Virus record (IMG/VR): IMGVR_UViG_3300048549_001527
Reading direction: 5' to 3' (one strand)
DNA: 64,000 nucleotides
Source of the DNA: a virus
Taxonomy: Duplodnaviria; Caudoviricetes
The notes beneath the pieces were generated by a model. It worked only from the letters and a program-made list of their open reading frames with translations. It searched no databases and was not told the DNA's origin. Every line of letters starts with the position of its first letter. Position 1 is the first letter of the stretch. The position numbers and the translations under genes were made by a program. Positions 47,663-56,200 of this stretch are shown here, piece by piece.

Positions 47663-48361
47663 ATGAAACTGATTACCGAAGTAGTAGAAGAGGTTAGTTT
47701 AACCACAGAGCTTGATGAAGCAACGGGTAAAAAATCCCACTTCATTGAAGGTATTTTTATGCAAGGCGACCTTAAAAATCGCAATGGTAGAATTTATCCG
47801 TCTGCAGTTCTTGAAAAAGAAATGGTTCGCTATCAGAAAGATTTTATTGATACGAAACGTGCTCTAGGCGAATTAGGACATCCTGAAGGACCTACAATTA
47901 ATGGAGATAGAGTATCGCACCTTATCACCGAAATGAAAAGAGACGGTTCAAACTTCATTGGTAAAGCTAAAATTCTTGGCACGCCAATGGGTGAGATTGT
48001 TAAAACATTTATGGACGAAGGCGTACTTTTCGGAGTTTCAACGCGTGGCCTTGGTTCTGTCAAAGCAACTAAAGAAGGCATTATGGAAGTACAAAACGAT
48101 TTCCATTTGTCGACTGTTGATATTGTAACAGATCCGTCTGGTCCTAATTGTTTTGTAAACGGCGTAATGGAAAACGTCGAATACTATTACGATATTGCTT
48201 CTAATTCTTGGCTGCCAGCGCAAGCTCAGGCCGAAGTTGCAGAAGTAGTTGAAGAAATCCAAAAAGAAGTAAAGGTAGCTTATAAACGGACTGTTCGTCA
48301 AATTGATGAAAATTTGGCAGGTAGAATGTTTGAAAAGTTCCTAACATCGCTGAGAAAATAA
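47663..48361 (+). CDS. gp21: Prohead core protease gp21
   Basis: IEGIFMQGD.KNRNGRIYP; RALGELGHP; TPMG.IV; GVSTRGLGS; DIV.DPS. Confidence 0.97.
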   Translation: MKLITEVVEEVSLTTELDEATGKKSHFIEGIFMQGDLKNRNGRIYPSAVLEKEMVRYQKDFIDTKRALGELGHPEGPTINGDRVSHLITEMKRDGSNFIGKAKILGTPMGEIVKTFMDEGVLFGVSTRGLGSVKATKEGIMEVQNDFHLSTVDIVTDPSGPNCFVNGVMENVEYYYDIASNSWLPAQAQAEVAEVVEEIQKEVKVAYKRTVRQIDENLAGRMFEKFLTSLRK

Positions 48362-48367
48362 AATTAA

Positions 48368-48375
48368 TATAAATA
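48368..48375 (+). promoter_or_regulatory. T4-type late promoter for gp22
   Basis: TATAAATA. Confidence 0.85.
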
Positions 48376-48418
48376 TGATTACCAAGAAGAACGAATCCAT
48401 AATAGAGGAGTAGTACAT

Positions 48419-49399
48419 ATGTCAGAACATGACCTAGACGAAAAGTTCACGGTTGACGACGGTGGTTCGACTGTTCCTGCATCTTCAGTAGAAGATCCAG
48501 CAGCACCAGCCGGCGGAGCAGCCAAAAAGAAAAAAGCAGATGTTAAGAAATCAGTTGATCCAAAAGCTGATAAACTTGACGCTAAAACACCAGGAATGAA
48601 CGAAGAAGAAGCATCCGATACTGATGCCGTTGAAATCGTTGAAGAAGAAGTAATTTCTATCGACGAATCAATTGCAAAAATGTTTGAAGGAATGGACCTT
48701 TCTGAGGAATTCACAAATAAAGTTACTCTAGTTTTTGAAGCAGCTGTTAATGAATCGGCCACGAAAAAAGCTGAAGCTATGACAGAAGAATATGCAGCTA
48801 AAGTTGACGCAGAAATGCAAGAATCAGTCGACTCAACTGTAAGCACTATTATTGAGAATCTTGATTCATATCTCGACTACGTCGTAGAAGAGTGGATGAA
48901 AGAAAACGAACTCGCCATCGAATCCGGTATTAAGGTCGATATGGCAGAATCGTTAATGGACGGCCTGAAGGATCTTTTCACTGAGCACAACATTGCAGTA
49001 GACGACGAAGTCGTTGATGTGGTTGCAGGACTTGAAGAGAAAGTTGGAGAAATGACCGACGATGCAAACAAACGTATTGATGAAAATCTTGCGCTTGCAA
49101 AAGAGATCTCGGCTCTGAAGGCTGAAAAAGTTTTTAACGAAATGACTGAAGGACTTACGCTAACACAAGCCGAGCGTCTGAAAGTACTTTCCGAAAAGCT
49201 TGACTTCGAAAACGTTGATGAGTATACAGATAATCTAAATACTCTTAAAGAATCATTCTTTGCAGAATCCAAACCGGTGGTTGCAGAGGAAGCTCAAGAC
49301 GACGAAGAAGAAATCTTGACTGAGGAAACAGTTGTTGCTAAACCAGCTTCTGAAGATCCGTCAATCAATGCTCTTCTCGCAGCTTTTGCGAAGAAATAA
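48419..49399 (+). CDS. gp22: Prohead core scaffold gp22
   Basis: LSEEF..K...VFEAAV; LDSYLDYVVEEW..EN.LAIESG.K; LK.LF.EH; acidic coiled coil. Confidence 0.95.
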   Translation: MSEHDLDEKFTVDDGGSTVPASSVEDPAAPAGGAAKKKKADVKKSVDPKADKLDAKTPGMNEEEASDTDAVEIVEEEVISIDESIAKMFEGMDLSEEFTNKVTLVFEAAVNESATKKAEAMTEEYAAKVDAEMQESVDSTVSTIIENLDSYLDYVVEEWMKENELAIESGIKVDMAESLMDGLKDLFTEHNIAVDDEVVDVVAGLEEKVGEMTDDANKRIDENLALAKEISALKAEKVFNEMTEGLTLTQAERLKVLSEKLDFENVDEYTDNLNTLKESFFAESKPVVAEEAQDDEEEILTEETVVAKPASEDPSINALLAAFAKK

Positions 49400-49416
49400 T
49401 TTGAAAACCTTAACTT

Positions 49417-49424
49417 TATAAATA
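49417..49424 (+). promoter_or_regulatory. T4-type late promoter for gp23
   Basis: TATAAATA; AGGAG SD. Confidence 0.85.
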
Positions 49425-49464
49425 ATCCTAGACGAACAAACAATAAACAAGGAGATAGAAAGAT

Positions 49465-50772
49465 ATGACTCAGTCAAACTATCAAGCGCTTGTAGAAAAG
49501 TGGGGCCCAGTTCTGGAGCACGACTCTTTTGCAAACATTAAAGATCAGCACCGTAAATCGGTCACTGCAACTGTTCTAGAGAATACTCAAAAAGCTCTAG
49601 TATCTGAAGGTGATCTGAGTGCAAACATGACTTCGCTTTTGTCTGAAGCAACTCATGTAAACGACGCAGGCACAGGTGGCTTCGGCGCAGACTCAACTGC
49701 TGCTGGTCCAACTGCAGGTTACGACCCAATCCTAATTTCATTGGTACGTCGTGCAATGCCAAACTTGATCGCATATGACATCGCTGGTGTTCAGCCGATG
49801 ACTGGCCCAACAGGCTTGATCTTCGCAATGCGTTCAACACATACTACGCAAGCTGCGGCTAACGAAGTATTTTATAACGAAGCTGATACAGACTTCTCAG
49901 GTACAGGTACTCATGCACAAGCATTGGGTTCAGCCAACTCAACAGTTACTACAACTGGTACGGGCCTTGCTACTGCAGATGCTGAATCAGACGCCAACTT
50001 CAACGAAATGGCATTCTCAATCGAGAAGGTTTCCGTAACAGCGAAATCACGCCAGTTGAAAGCGGAATACACAGCTGAGCTTGCTCAGGATCTTAAAGCC
50101 GTACACGGTTTGGATGCTGAAACAGAATTGGCTAACATTCTGCAATCAGAAATCTTGGTTGAAATCAACCGCGAATTGGTTCGTACTATTTACACAAACG
50201 CGGTACTCGGCGCAGCCGGTACAGCAACTCCAGGTACTTTTGATCTGGATGTTGATGCAAATGGTCGTTGGTCAGTTGAAAAATTCAAAGGCCTGATGTT
50301 CCAAATCGAGCAAGAAGCAAACGCAATTGCAAAAGGTACACGTCGTGGTAAAGGTAACATGGTTATCTGTTCTTCCGATGTTGCATCCGCATTGCAAATG
50401 GCAGGTGTTCTTGATTATACTCCAGCATTGAACAGCAATGCACTTGACGTAGATGACACAGGCAACACATTCGCCGGTGTTCTGAACGGTCGTTACAGAG
50501 TATACATCGATCCATATGCCGGAGCTAACTACATGGTTGTAGGTTATAAAGGTTCTTCATCTTTCGATGCAGGTATCTTCTATTGCCCATACGTACCGTT
50601 GCAGATGGTTCGCGCAGTTGGTGAAAACAGCTTCCAGCCAAAAATCGGATTTAAGACTCGCTACGGCATGGTCTCTAACCCGTTCTCAGCTGGCGCTTCA
50701 CAAGGCAACGGCGCATTGACTGTAGACTCAAACGTTTACTACCGTCGTGTAACTGTAAGCAACTTGTTTTAA
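49465..50772 (+). CDS. gp23: Major capsid protein gp23
   Basis: L.EKW.PVLEH; YDP.LISLVRRAMPNLIAYDI.GVQPMTGPTGLIFAMR; AKSR.LKAEY..ELAQDLKA.HGLDAE; YCPYVPL; FQPKIGFKTRYG; probable maturation site LLSE-AT. Confidence 0.98.
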   Translation: MTQSNYQALVEKWGPVLEHDSFANIKDQHRKSVTATVLENTQKALVSEGDLSANMTSLLSEATHVNDAGTGGFGADSTAAGPTAGYDPILISLVRRAMPNLIAYDIAGVQPMTGPTGLIFAMRSTHTTQAAANEVFYNEADTDFSGTGTHAQALGSANSTVTTTGTGLATADAESDANFNEMAFSIEKVSVTAKSRQLKAEYTAELAQDLKAVHGLDAETELANILQSEILVEINRELVRTIYTNAVLGAAGTATPGTFDLDVDANGRWSVEKFKGLMFQIEQEANAIAKGTRRGKGNMVICSSDVASALQMAGVLDYTPALNSNALDVDDTGNTFAGVLNGRYRVYIDPYAGANYMVVGYKGSSSFDAGIFYCPYVPLQMVRAVGENSFQPKIGFKTRYGMVSNPFSAGASQGNGALTVDSNVYYRRVTVSNLF

Positions 50773-50808
50773 TAACAAGAAGTAAGGTTAACTTACCACA
50801 AACTAATT

Positions 50809-50834
50809 GGGGAGCTTTTCAGCTCCCCTTTTTT
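50809..50834 (+). terminator. Intrinsic terminator after gp23
   Basis: GGGGAGCT-TTTC-AGCTCCCC followed by TTTTTT. Confidence 0.9.
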
Positions 50835-50852
50835 ATATCTTTTCAACAGAAT

Positions 50853-51197
50853 TTACATTCCTAGAGCATCCATATACATTTCAGTCATTGCGTTTTCATT
50901 ATCAATATCATCACGGTTACGTTTACGAATTGAGACAATTTTACGCATTACCTTTGGTTCATATCCGCTGCCTTTTGCTTCGGCATAAACTTCCTTGATA
51001 GAGTCCATGATATCTCTCTTTTCTTGTTCCAAACGCTCAATCCGCTCAATGAATGCGCGAAGTTCATCTGCTGTTACTGTTGCTGTATCTTGTGCCATTA
51101 AATAATCTCCTGCTGTTGTAAATTTCAAATCACCCATATTATTACGATTAACAGCATCATAATCAGGGTAGCCTTTTTCAAAGACTGGGCTTTCCAT
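50853..51197 (-). CDS. gapR: DUF2312/GapR-like nucleoid-associated DNA-binding protein (core 81 aa from the ATG at 51098; optional 33-aa N-terminal extension from 51197)
   Basis: ADELRAFIERIERLEQEK..I...IKEVYAEAKG.GY..KVMRKIV..RKR is the GapR signature; SD present at both in-frame ATGs. Confidence 0.9.
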   Translation of the reverse strand: MESPVFEKGYPDYDAVNRNNMGDLKFTTAGDYLMAQDTATVTADELRAFIERIERLEQEKRDIMDSIKEVYAEAKGSGYEPKVMRKIVSIRKRNRDDIDNENAMTEMYMDALGM

Positions 51198-51619
51198 TAA
51201 AGTTTTCCTTCTTCTCTCATTTGTTTACGGATTTTAGTTGCCGATATATCATGTATATCTTTACCAAGATCGTGCTCTGTAAAGGTATATCCAACACCAC
51301 GGCCATAACTAATATCAACAATATTAGGTACTTCTAAAATCATATATTCAAATCCATTGTGATATCCGTGTTCAGCTAAACCATTTTCGATATTCTCAAC
51401 AACTTGGATCATACCAAACGGATTATCATCTTGAGCTGCAGTACGCCCAGCGCCTGCATCTCCTTCAAAATTAAATACGTCACGTATCATAATAAGGACT
51501 TGACCTGTTTCCGCGAGTGCGCATTTAAACAGTTCAGTGTGACCGTCATGCCAAGGTTGCCATCGGCCTAACATTTGTGTGGTTGGTTTTTTATAGTCAA
51601 ATTGTGGTTTATCATACAT
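51197..51619 (-). CDS. Small HxGH-type nucleotidyltransferase (cytidylyl/NMN-adenylyltransferase-like)
   Basis: LGRWQPWHDGH; ISATKIR C-terminal motif. Confidence 0.8.
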   Translation of the reverse strand: MYDKPQFDYKKPTTQMLGRWQPWHDGHTELFKCALAETGQVLIMIRDVFNFEGDAGAGRTAAQDDNPFGMIQVVENIENGLAEHGYHNGFEYMILEVPNIVDISYGRGVGYTFTEHDLGKDIHDISATKIRKQMREEGKL

Positions 51620-52040
51620 TTCCGTGTAACCTTACGTGCCGCTCTACAGCATCAGCTAAAGTTTCATCAGTGTTATCAAACCATTTAGTCACATGATAAT
51701 CTGCTTGAGTTGGTTTTTGAAACATCTTGTTTGTATCTCCAAATCGCCCTTCTTTAATAGTATCCATCCATACTGTATAGTCAGCATCAAAGATTTCACG
51801 AGTTTCTTCAAGTGGACAGACAAAATCGCAAATAACAGTTCGTTTCATTTCTTTTTCGTAATCGGCAATTCCTTTCATACGATAAGCTTGACGTAAACGC
51901 GCTGCTTCGCTGAATTCCCAATCGTTTGCCATTTCGCGGATTTTATCGGCATTAAACCAAGCGCAATTCAAACGCTTTTGTAGTCTTTCTGCTAGCCAAG
52001 TTTTACCTGACCCAGGCAACCCAAAGATCAATATTTTCAT
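51612..52040 (-). CDS. Adenylylsulfate (APS) kinase-like P-loop kinase
   Basis: GLPGSGKT; NAD.IR.....FS...R; CDFVCP....R resembles the CysC ISFISP...R motif. Confidence 0.75.
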   Translation of the reverse strand: MKILIFGLPGSGKTWLAERLQKRLNCAWFNADKIREMANDWEFSEAARLRQAYRMKGIADYEKEMKRTVICDFVCPLEETREIFDADYTVWMDTIKEGRFGDTNKMFQKPTQADYHVTKWFDNTDETLADAVERHVRLHGNV

Positions 52041-52402
52041 TCATTGTCTCCTTCTGACATATCGATGTTAGATATAGTAATAAGCAGCGCAGTAAATACA
52101 ATAATTGAATAAAATGACATAAATCCAACCATAAAGAAATAGCCTGCTTTATAAAGATACGCAAGTGTAATTAAAGCTGAGCCTTGCACCAAAAGCTTTT
52201 CTCTCCATGTTGACTCTTCGTCAAACGCTAACTCAATGGTCCAATTGGGACTCAATATTAACGCTGAAATCTTTCCAAACTGATACATATTATAAAAAAT
52301 TAATACAGCTCCTGGAATTAAAAAGTATTCGTTGCCGTGCGTATAAAAATATCCAGCGCCACCTATGATGTGAGTTAATATAATTCCATAAAGATAAAGC
52401 AT
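52037..52402 (-). CDS. Hypothetical membrane protein (3-4 hydrophobic segments)
   Basis: Hydrophobic stretches; ATGA overlap with the kinase gene. Confidence 0.6.
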   Translation of the reverse strand: MLYLYGIILTHIIGGAGYFYTHGNEYFLIPGAVLIFYNMYQFGKISALILSPNWTIELAFDEESTWREKLLVQGSALITLAYLYKAGYFFMVGFMSFYSIIVFTALLITISNIDMSEGDNE

Positions 52403-52458
52403 TTAATATATACCACCTGGGATAAAGTTCATATCAAGCCAAATTGCTACTAGACCTA

Positions 52459-52483
52459 GAAATAGCCCATAAAGGACTATTTC
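52459..52483 (-). terminator. Stem-loop downstream of the DUF932 gene (terminator or processing/stability hairpin)
   Basis: Minus-strand GAAATAGTCC-TTTAT-GGGCTATTTC, 10 bp with one G-U pair; no clear U tract. Confidence 0.45.
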
Positions 52484-52517
52484 AACAGGTTTTAGATTTT
52501 TCATATGGTTATGAAAT

Positions 52518-53474
52518 TTACGAAGCATTAGCCATCTCCAACGCAAGATCTAACGCATCAACTTTGCGCTTTGCGTTTGTTCCGAACCAAGCAGATGCCA
52601 TACGTGTATCTGCAGAACGACCTAGTTCATGGTCAGCCATATAGGTAACTGCATTATACGCGTTCCACCAAGTGCCAGGGCGGAAGTTATCTCCTGGTTG
52701 GTTTTCAACAACTTCAACAGCACGTTCAGCTGTTCGCGACAAATCACGGTCTTCGCGAGTCGACTCTCCAAAGATCTTTGCCATAAACCGGTTAAGTACT
52801 TCTTTGTCATAGTTTTTAGAACCAAGAAACTCGGCGGCTTCTTTAAACTTTTCAACTTTGTTGTGAGATAAACCAAGAATTTCTTTAACACTTTCAGGAT
52901 CAAACACTGAACGGTGATTTACACGCACAGATGGTTGGTTCTTTTCGTTAAGAGCTACAGCCAATGTGTTATTGCATACAACACGTTCCATTACGAACTT
53001 GATGTCAATGCTTTTTCCGTAAACATGTGGATTAGAAAACAAAAGGTAGCCTTTAACGGCATCACCACCGAAAAGCTCAAAGCCATCACGGACATCGGCA
53101 AGAGCCCAAACCAAACGGCCATCTTTCAACGAACCGGCTGTATCCATAGCCATATCTCCGTTTGAAACAAAGTCGTTAAAAAACTCAAATGCTTCAGAGT
53201 TTTGTACTGGGTTCCAACCAGTTCCAACTTGTGTAAGGATTTTTCCATCTGATGAACGGACCAACGCTTGTTGACCAGTTTCTTTTTGCTCACCGTTGTA
53301 ATTGATGAATGTGTTGACTTTTTCAACTGACCAGTCAAGGCCTGCTGCTTCCATCATTTGCTGCGGCGACATATCGTCACCAACAGGAACACCTAGTCCA
53401 TGCCAAGGTAGACCTTGACTTTCACGGTACGCCATTTGAGCTTGACCGTTAATCATTTCCAATTCATGTGCCAT
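52518..53474 (-). CDS. DUF932/DUF945 phage-plasmid family protein (TIGR03299-like)
   Basis: MAY....PWHGLG; QN.EAFEFF; TAGSL..G..VW.LA; YLL..N.H; RVVC.NTL..AL; GTWW..YNAVT. Confidence 0.85.
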   Translation of the reverse strand: MAHELEMINGQAQMAYRESQGLPWHGLGVPVGDDMSPQQMMEAAGLDWSVEKVNTFINYNGEQKETGQQALVRSSDGKILTQVGTGWNPVQNSEAFEFFNDFVSNGDMAMDTAGSLKDGRLVWALADVRDGFELFGGDAVKGYLLFSNPHVYGKSIDIKFVMERVVCNNTLAVALNEKNQPSVRVNHRSVFDPESVKEILGLSHNKVEKFKEAAEFLGSKNYDKEVLNRFMAKIFGESTREDRDLSRTAERAVEVVENQPGDNFRPGTWWNAYNAVTYMADHELGRSADTRMASAWFGTNAKRKVDALDLALEMANAS

Positions 53475-53506
53475 AGTATATTTTCCTTTTCATTTTGTAT
53501 ATAACT

Positions 53507-53535
53507 AGTATATACTGATTCCATTATAATGTCAA
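53507..53535 (-). promoter_or_regulatory. Sigma70-type early promoter P1
   Basis: TTGACA-17-TATACT; GAATC in the spacer. Confidence 0.85.
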
Positions 53536-53542
53536 CTGTTAA

Positions 53543-53836
53543 TTAAGCTAATTCATAACCAAAGTAAGACTTAACAAACTCGTTATCACAGTCTTTAGCA
53601 AAAGCCAAAACCAATGCCTCACGAGGTGATGTATCCATAAATTGAACGTGGTTTGCAAGTGTTTCGGAATCTGATTGACGGAACAAGCTGATAGCTTTGT
53701 GAAAATCGTCAGCATCTTCGTTATACATATCAGAAAGATCGCCGCTATCTTTAGCATATTCACGATACACGGCAACCAATTTAGCTACGTTTGTAAGAGG
53801 TGTTTCCGTCCAAAATTTTTGAGCTTGAGTTGTCAT
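53543..53836 (-). CDS. Hypothetical early protein
   Basis: AAGGA SD favours the ATG at 53836; directly behind P2. Confidence 0.65.
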   Translation of the reverse strand: MTTQAQKFWTETPLTNVAKLVAVYREYAKDSGDLSDMYNEDADDFHKAISLFRQSDSETLANHVQFMDTSPREALVLAFAKDCDNEFVKSYFGYELA

Positions 53837-53867
53837 TGTCTGATTCCTTTTCATTTGTTATATTAAT

Positions 53868-53896
53868 AATATAACTGATTCTATATAGAATGTCAA
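53868..53896 (-). promoter_or_regulatory. Sigma70-type early promoter P2
   Basis: TTGACA-17-TATATT; spacer TTCTATATAGAATCAGT. Confidence 0.9.
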
Positions 53897-53924
53897 CAAT
53901 AAAATGAAAATAAATTAAATTATT

Positions 53925-54257
53925 TTAGTGGATCGTTTCGTTATACATTGGCAAAGCGTCAACCATGTCATGAGTATATTGAGTAAACCCAGATTTAATC
54001 AAATCCACTACATCAACATATTGACCGTCAGAATGTATTTCCGCAACTTTACATAGAGGATAGTCCTCAATTAAAAAGGCTTGCATATATTTAAATGCTT
54101 CTCTTTTTGTATCAAAAGAATATGCCCTGCTGATACCGAACATATCATTTTTTGAAAATATTCTCATGATACTCAGTATACCATTTCCGCCAGGAGCGGG
54201 CATACGATGAGTACCAAGGAATACTCCCATTTCTTCGTCAATGATTACATATCTCAA
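53925..54257 (-). CDS. Hypothetical protein
   Basis: Open frame from 54287; likely TTG start at 54257 (AAGGA SD, TTGA overlap with the denV stop). Confidence 0.6.
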   Translation of the reverse strand: MRYVIIDEEMGVFLGTHRMPAPGGNGILSIMRIFSKNDMFGISRAYSFDTKREAFKYMQAFLIEDYPLCKVAEIHSDGQYVDVVDLIKSGFTQYTHDMVDALPMYNETIH

Positions 54258-54823
54258 GCTGGATATCCTTGAAAACCTTGCCACCAATAAGGAGCTTCAC
54301 GGCCTTTATTCCATACGGCAAAGTCTTTAGTCATATGATAGTATTTACGATATGCCGCGACTGGATCGCCTGCAACTTTACACAATGGAAAGTTATTCAT
54401 TGCTTGAGGAAATTCTGTCAAACCTACATCTGGTATATTTTCGGGTGGCTGAGCAAGTACTTCAGTCAACTTATTTGCAGTCATATGAAGCTTTTTGTAT
54501 CTTACTAGAAACTCATCTACAAGCCCGAGAAAGTGCTCATAATGCCATAGATAATTGGCCTTTGATTTCATAGACCAAATTGTGCATGGATGATGGTGGT
54601 GAACTGCTTTATATAAGGTATTTTCTAGGTTACTGTTAGGATGAACATAGTACTTAACCATAACCTTACCTGACTTTGAAGGACGTTTTTCCATGTAACC
54701 GTCAAGCATACGATGAGCCGTGGACAGCATTTGTCCAGACTCAATAATCATCTTACTGCAGTGTTTGTCGCAGACCATCTGAGCCGCTTCTCGCGGCTCT
54801 TCAGATAACACAAATATATTCAT
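54254..54823 (-). CDS. denV: Pyrimidine-dimer DNA glycosylase (DenV/endonuclease V family)
   Basis: MNIF.L...P..AA...CDKH..KM..E..QMLSTAH; H..HPC.IW; FPQAM; V.AYR.YY. Confidence 0.8.
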   Translation of the reverse strand: MNIFVLSEEPREAAQMVCDKHCSKMIIESGQMLSTAHRMLDGYMEKRPSKSGKVMVKYYVHPNSNLENTLYKAVHHHHPCTIWSMKSKANYLWHYEHFLGLVDEFLVRYKKLHMTANKLTEVLAQPPENIPDVGLTEFPQAMNNFPLCKVAGDPVAAYRKYYHMTKDFAVWNKGREAPYWWQGFQGYPA

Positions 54824-55122
54824 ATAGCAAATCCTTTGTTTTGCAAGATACGAAGCGGAGCACCGTCAATACCTTCGTCTTTACGAGCTTCAACATATTC
54901 TTCAACTGTGAAGTTATTAATAAGGAACTTTTTGAAAGCACCCATTTTAACAGGTCCACCGCTATACTTAAAGCGAGCGATAAACAATTCTTTTGGCATA
55001 CCTACGCGTGAAGGATGACAGTTAGGAGCAACTTGATCCCATGTTGGCTGACCTTCGTAAGTACCTGTGTACTCAAGATATCCGCCGTGGTAGGTAAACT
55101 TTTTTCTATCAAACTTAGTCAT
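54820..55122 (-). CDS. Hypothetical early protein
   Basis: AAGGAG SD; directly behind P3. Confidence 0.7.
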   Translation of the reverse strand: MTKFDRKKFTYHGGYLEYTGTYEGQPTWDQVAPNCHPSRVGMPKELFIARFKYSGGPVKMGAFKKFLINNFTVEEYVEARKDEGIDGAPLRILQNKGFAI

Positions 55123-55134
55123 AGTGATTCTCCT

Positions 55135-55142
55135 TATTTATA
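55135..55142 (-). promoter_or_regulatory. T4-type late promoter in tandem with P3
   Basis: Minus-strand TATAAATA, 5 nt downstream of the P3 -10. Confidence 0.55.
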
Positions 55143-55147
55143 GAATC

Positions 55148-55176
55148 AATATAATCTATTTCATAATGAATGTCAA
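55148..55176 (-). promoter_or_regulatory. Sigma70-type early promoter P3
   Basis: TTGACA-17-TATATT followed directly by GATTC; the -35 overlaps the TGA stop of the exonuclease gene. Confidence 0.85.
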
Positions 55177-55844
55177 TGGCGTTCTTTCATTTCTTTGTAC
55201 TTTTTTCGTACTGCAATGAAATGCTCTAAATAATCATAAGTGTTGACTTTAAAAATTTGTGGTTCTGAACCGTCTACAGTTATCAAGATTACACCTTGTT
55301 TAATGGGTATGGAAGTTCGTTCGTAAAATGCAGCTGCATAAAAAGATGCTTGAATAAAATAGTTAGTAATCCATTCTTCTTTCTTTGGTTTCCTTGATGT
55401 TTTAAAATCAACAATAGAAAGCTGACCGTCAAACTCAGCAATACAGTCAACCTGTCCTGCGCATTTTAGTCTATCAGAATATAAGAACTCTTCTTGAAAC
55501 CAAACATTATTTAAGCGTTGGTCAAGTATAGATTTTAAATCATTAAAGGATTGGAGATTTGAAGGCATTGCACCTTTGTTCCAATCCTCTTTGTTATCTA
55601 AATAATCTTCTGCAAGTTTGTGTACCGCAGTACCACGAGTTGCAGCTTGTTGTGATATTCTGTTGGCTTCTGCTTCGCCGACTCTTTGTCGCCATGCAAG
55701 AATGCCTTCTTTATTCAATACACCGAGAACCGTTGTGATTGACGGATATGCATTACCTTCCGGTGTAAAGTATTTTCTACCACTTTTAGTGGTTTCGCGT
55801 GTTAATTTGGGAAGCACCACGCCGTGCTCAACATGATTAAACAT
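55173..55844 (-). CDS. PD-(D/E)XK exonuclease (Cas4/RecB-like)
   Basis: YPSITTVL; RGTAVH...EDYL; AG.VDCIAE..G...IVDFKTS; YF.Q...YA. Confidence 0.85.
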   Translation of the reverse strand: MFNHVEHGVVLPKLTRETTKSGRKYFTPEGNAYPSITTVLGVLNKEGILAWRQRVGEAEANRISQQAATRGTAVHKLAEDYLDNKEDWNKGAMPSNLQSFNDLKSILDQRLNNVWFQEEFLYSDRLKCAGQVDCIAEFDGQLSIVDFKTSRKPKKEEWITNYFIQASFYAAAFYERTSIPIKQGVILITVDGSEPQIFKVNTYDYLEHFIAVRKKYKEMKERH

Positions 55845-55852
55845 AATATAAA

Positions 55853-56200
55853 TTAGCCGCCTATAATTACTTTAGACGCTCCTGATGTTATTTCTGCGCC
55901 GCACAGATAGGTATCACCTTTCCGTCCAGCTTTCTTTCCTTCAATTTTAACCTTAGTAGAACCTGAGTTAAATTTTGGAGTATGAGTAGAACAGGTGCCG
56001 CCTATTGGATGAGCAGTAACTTTGTTGTCTCCACGAACAACACCTGTTCCCATTGCAAAAACTTTTTCGCTGCACTCGTTGGTTGTAGTGTCAATAGGAT
56101 CTACGTCACAGAATGAACTATCATCTGTATCTTCGTCTCCTGTTGCAGGATGTACTGTATCCACAGTATCTACTGAATCTCCACGTGCAGCTTCTGGCAT
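55853..56200 (-). CDS. PAAR-domain spike tip protein (T4 gp5.4 equivalent)
   Basis: AAR.GD-like repeats; H and C ligands (CSTH...GS..V.IEG....R.GD...CGA.I.SG...V.IGG). Confidence 0.75.
   Translation of the reverse strand: MPEAARGDSVDTVDTVHPATGDEDTDDSSFCDVDPIDTTTNECSEKVFAMGTGVVRGDNKVTAHPIGGTCSTHTPKFNSGSTKVKIEGKKAGRKGDTYLCGAEITSGASKVIIGG

Noticed and set aside
40776-50772. Introns or inteins in terminase, sheath, portal or capsid genes
   Set aside because: All are continuous ORFs of normal length with contiguous motifs
52405-52437. TTGATA...TATATA promoter upstream of the membrane-protein gene
   Set aside because: Spacer of 19 nt or more and it lacks the TTGACATT family signature
55173-55844. 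Cas4 as evidence of a CRISPR-Cas locus
   Set aside because: Stand-alone PD-(D/E)XK exonuclease commonly found near phoH in T4-like phages; no cas1, cas2 or array nearby
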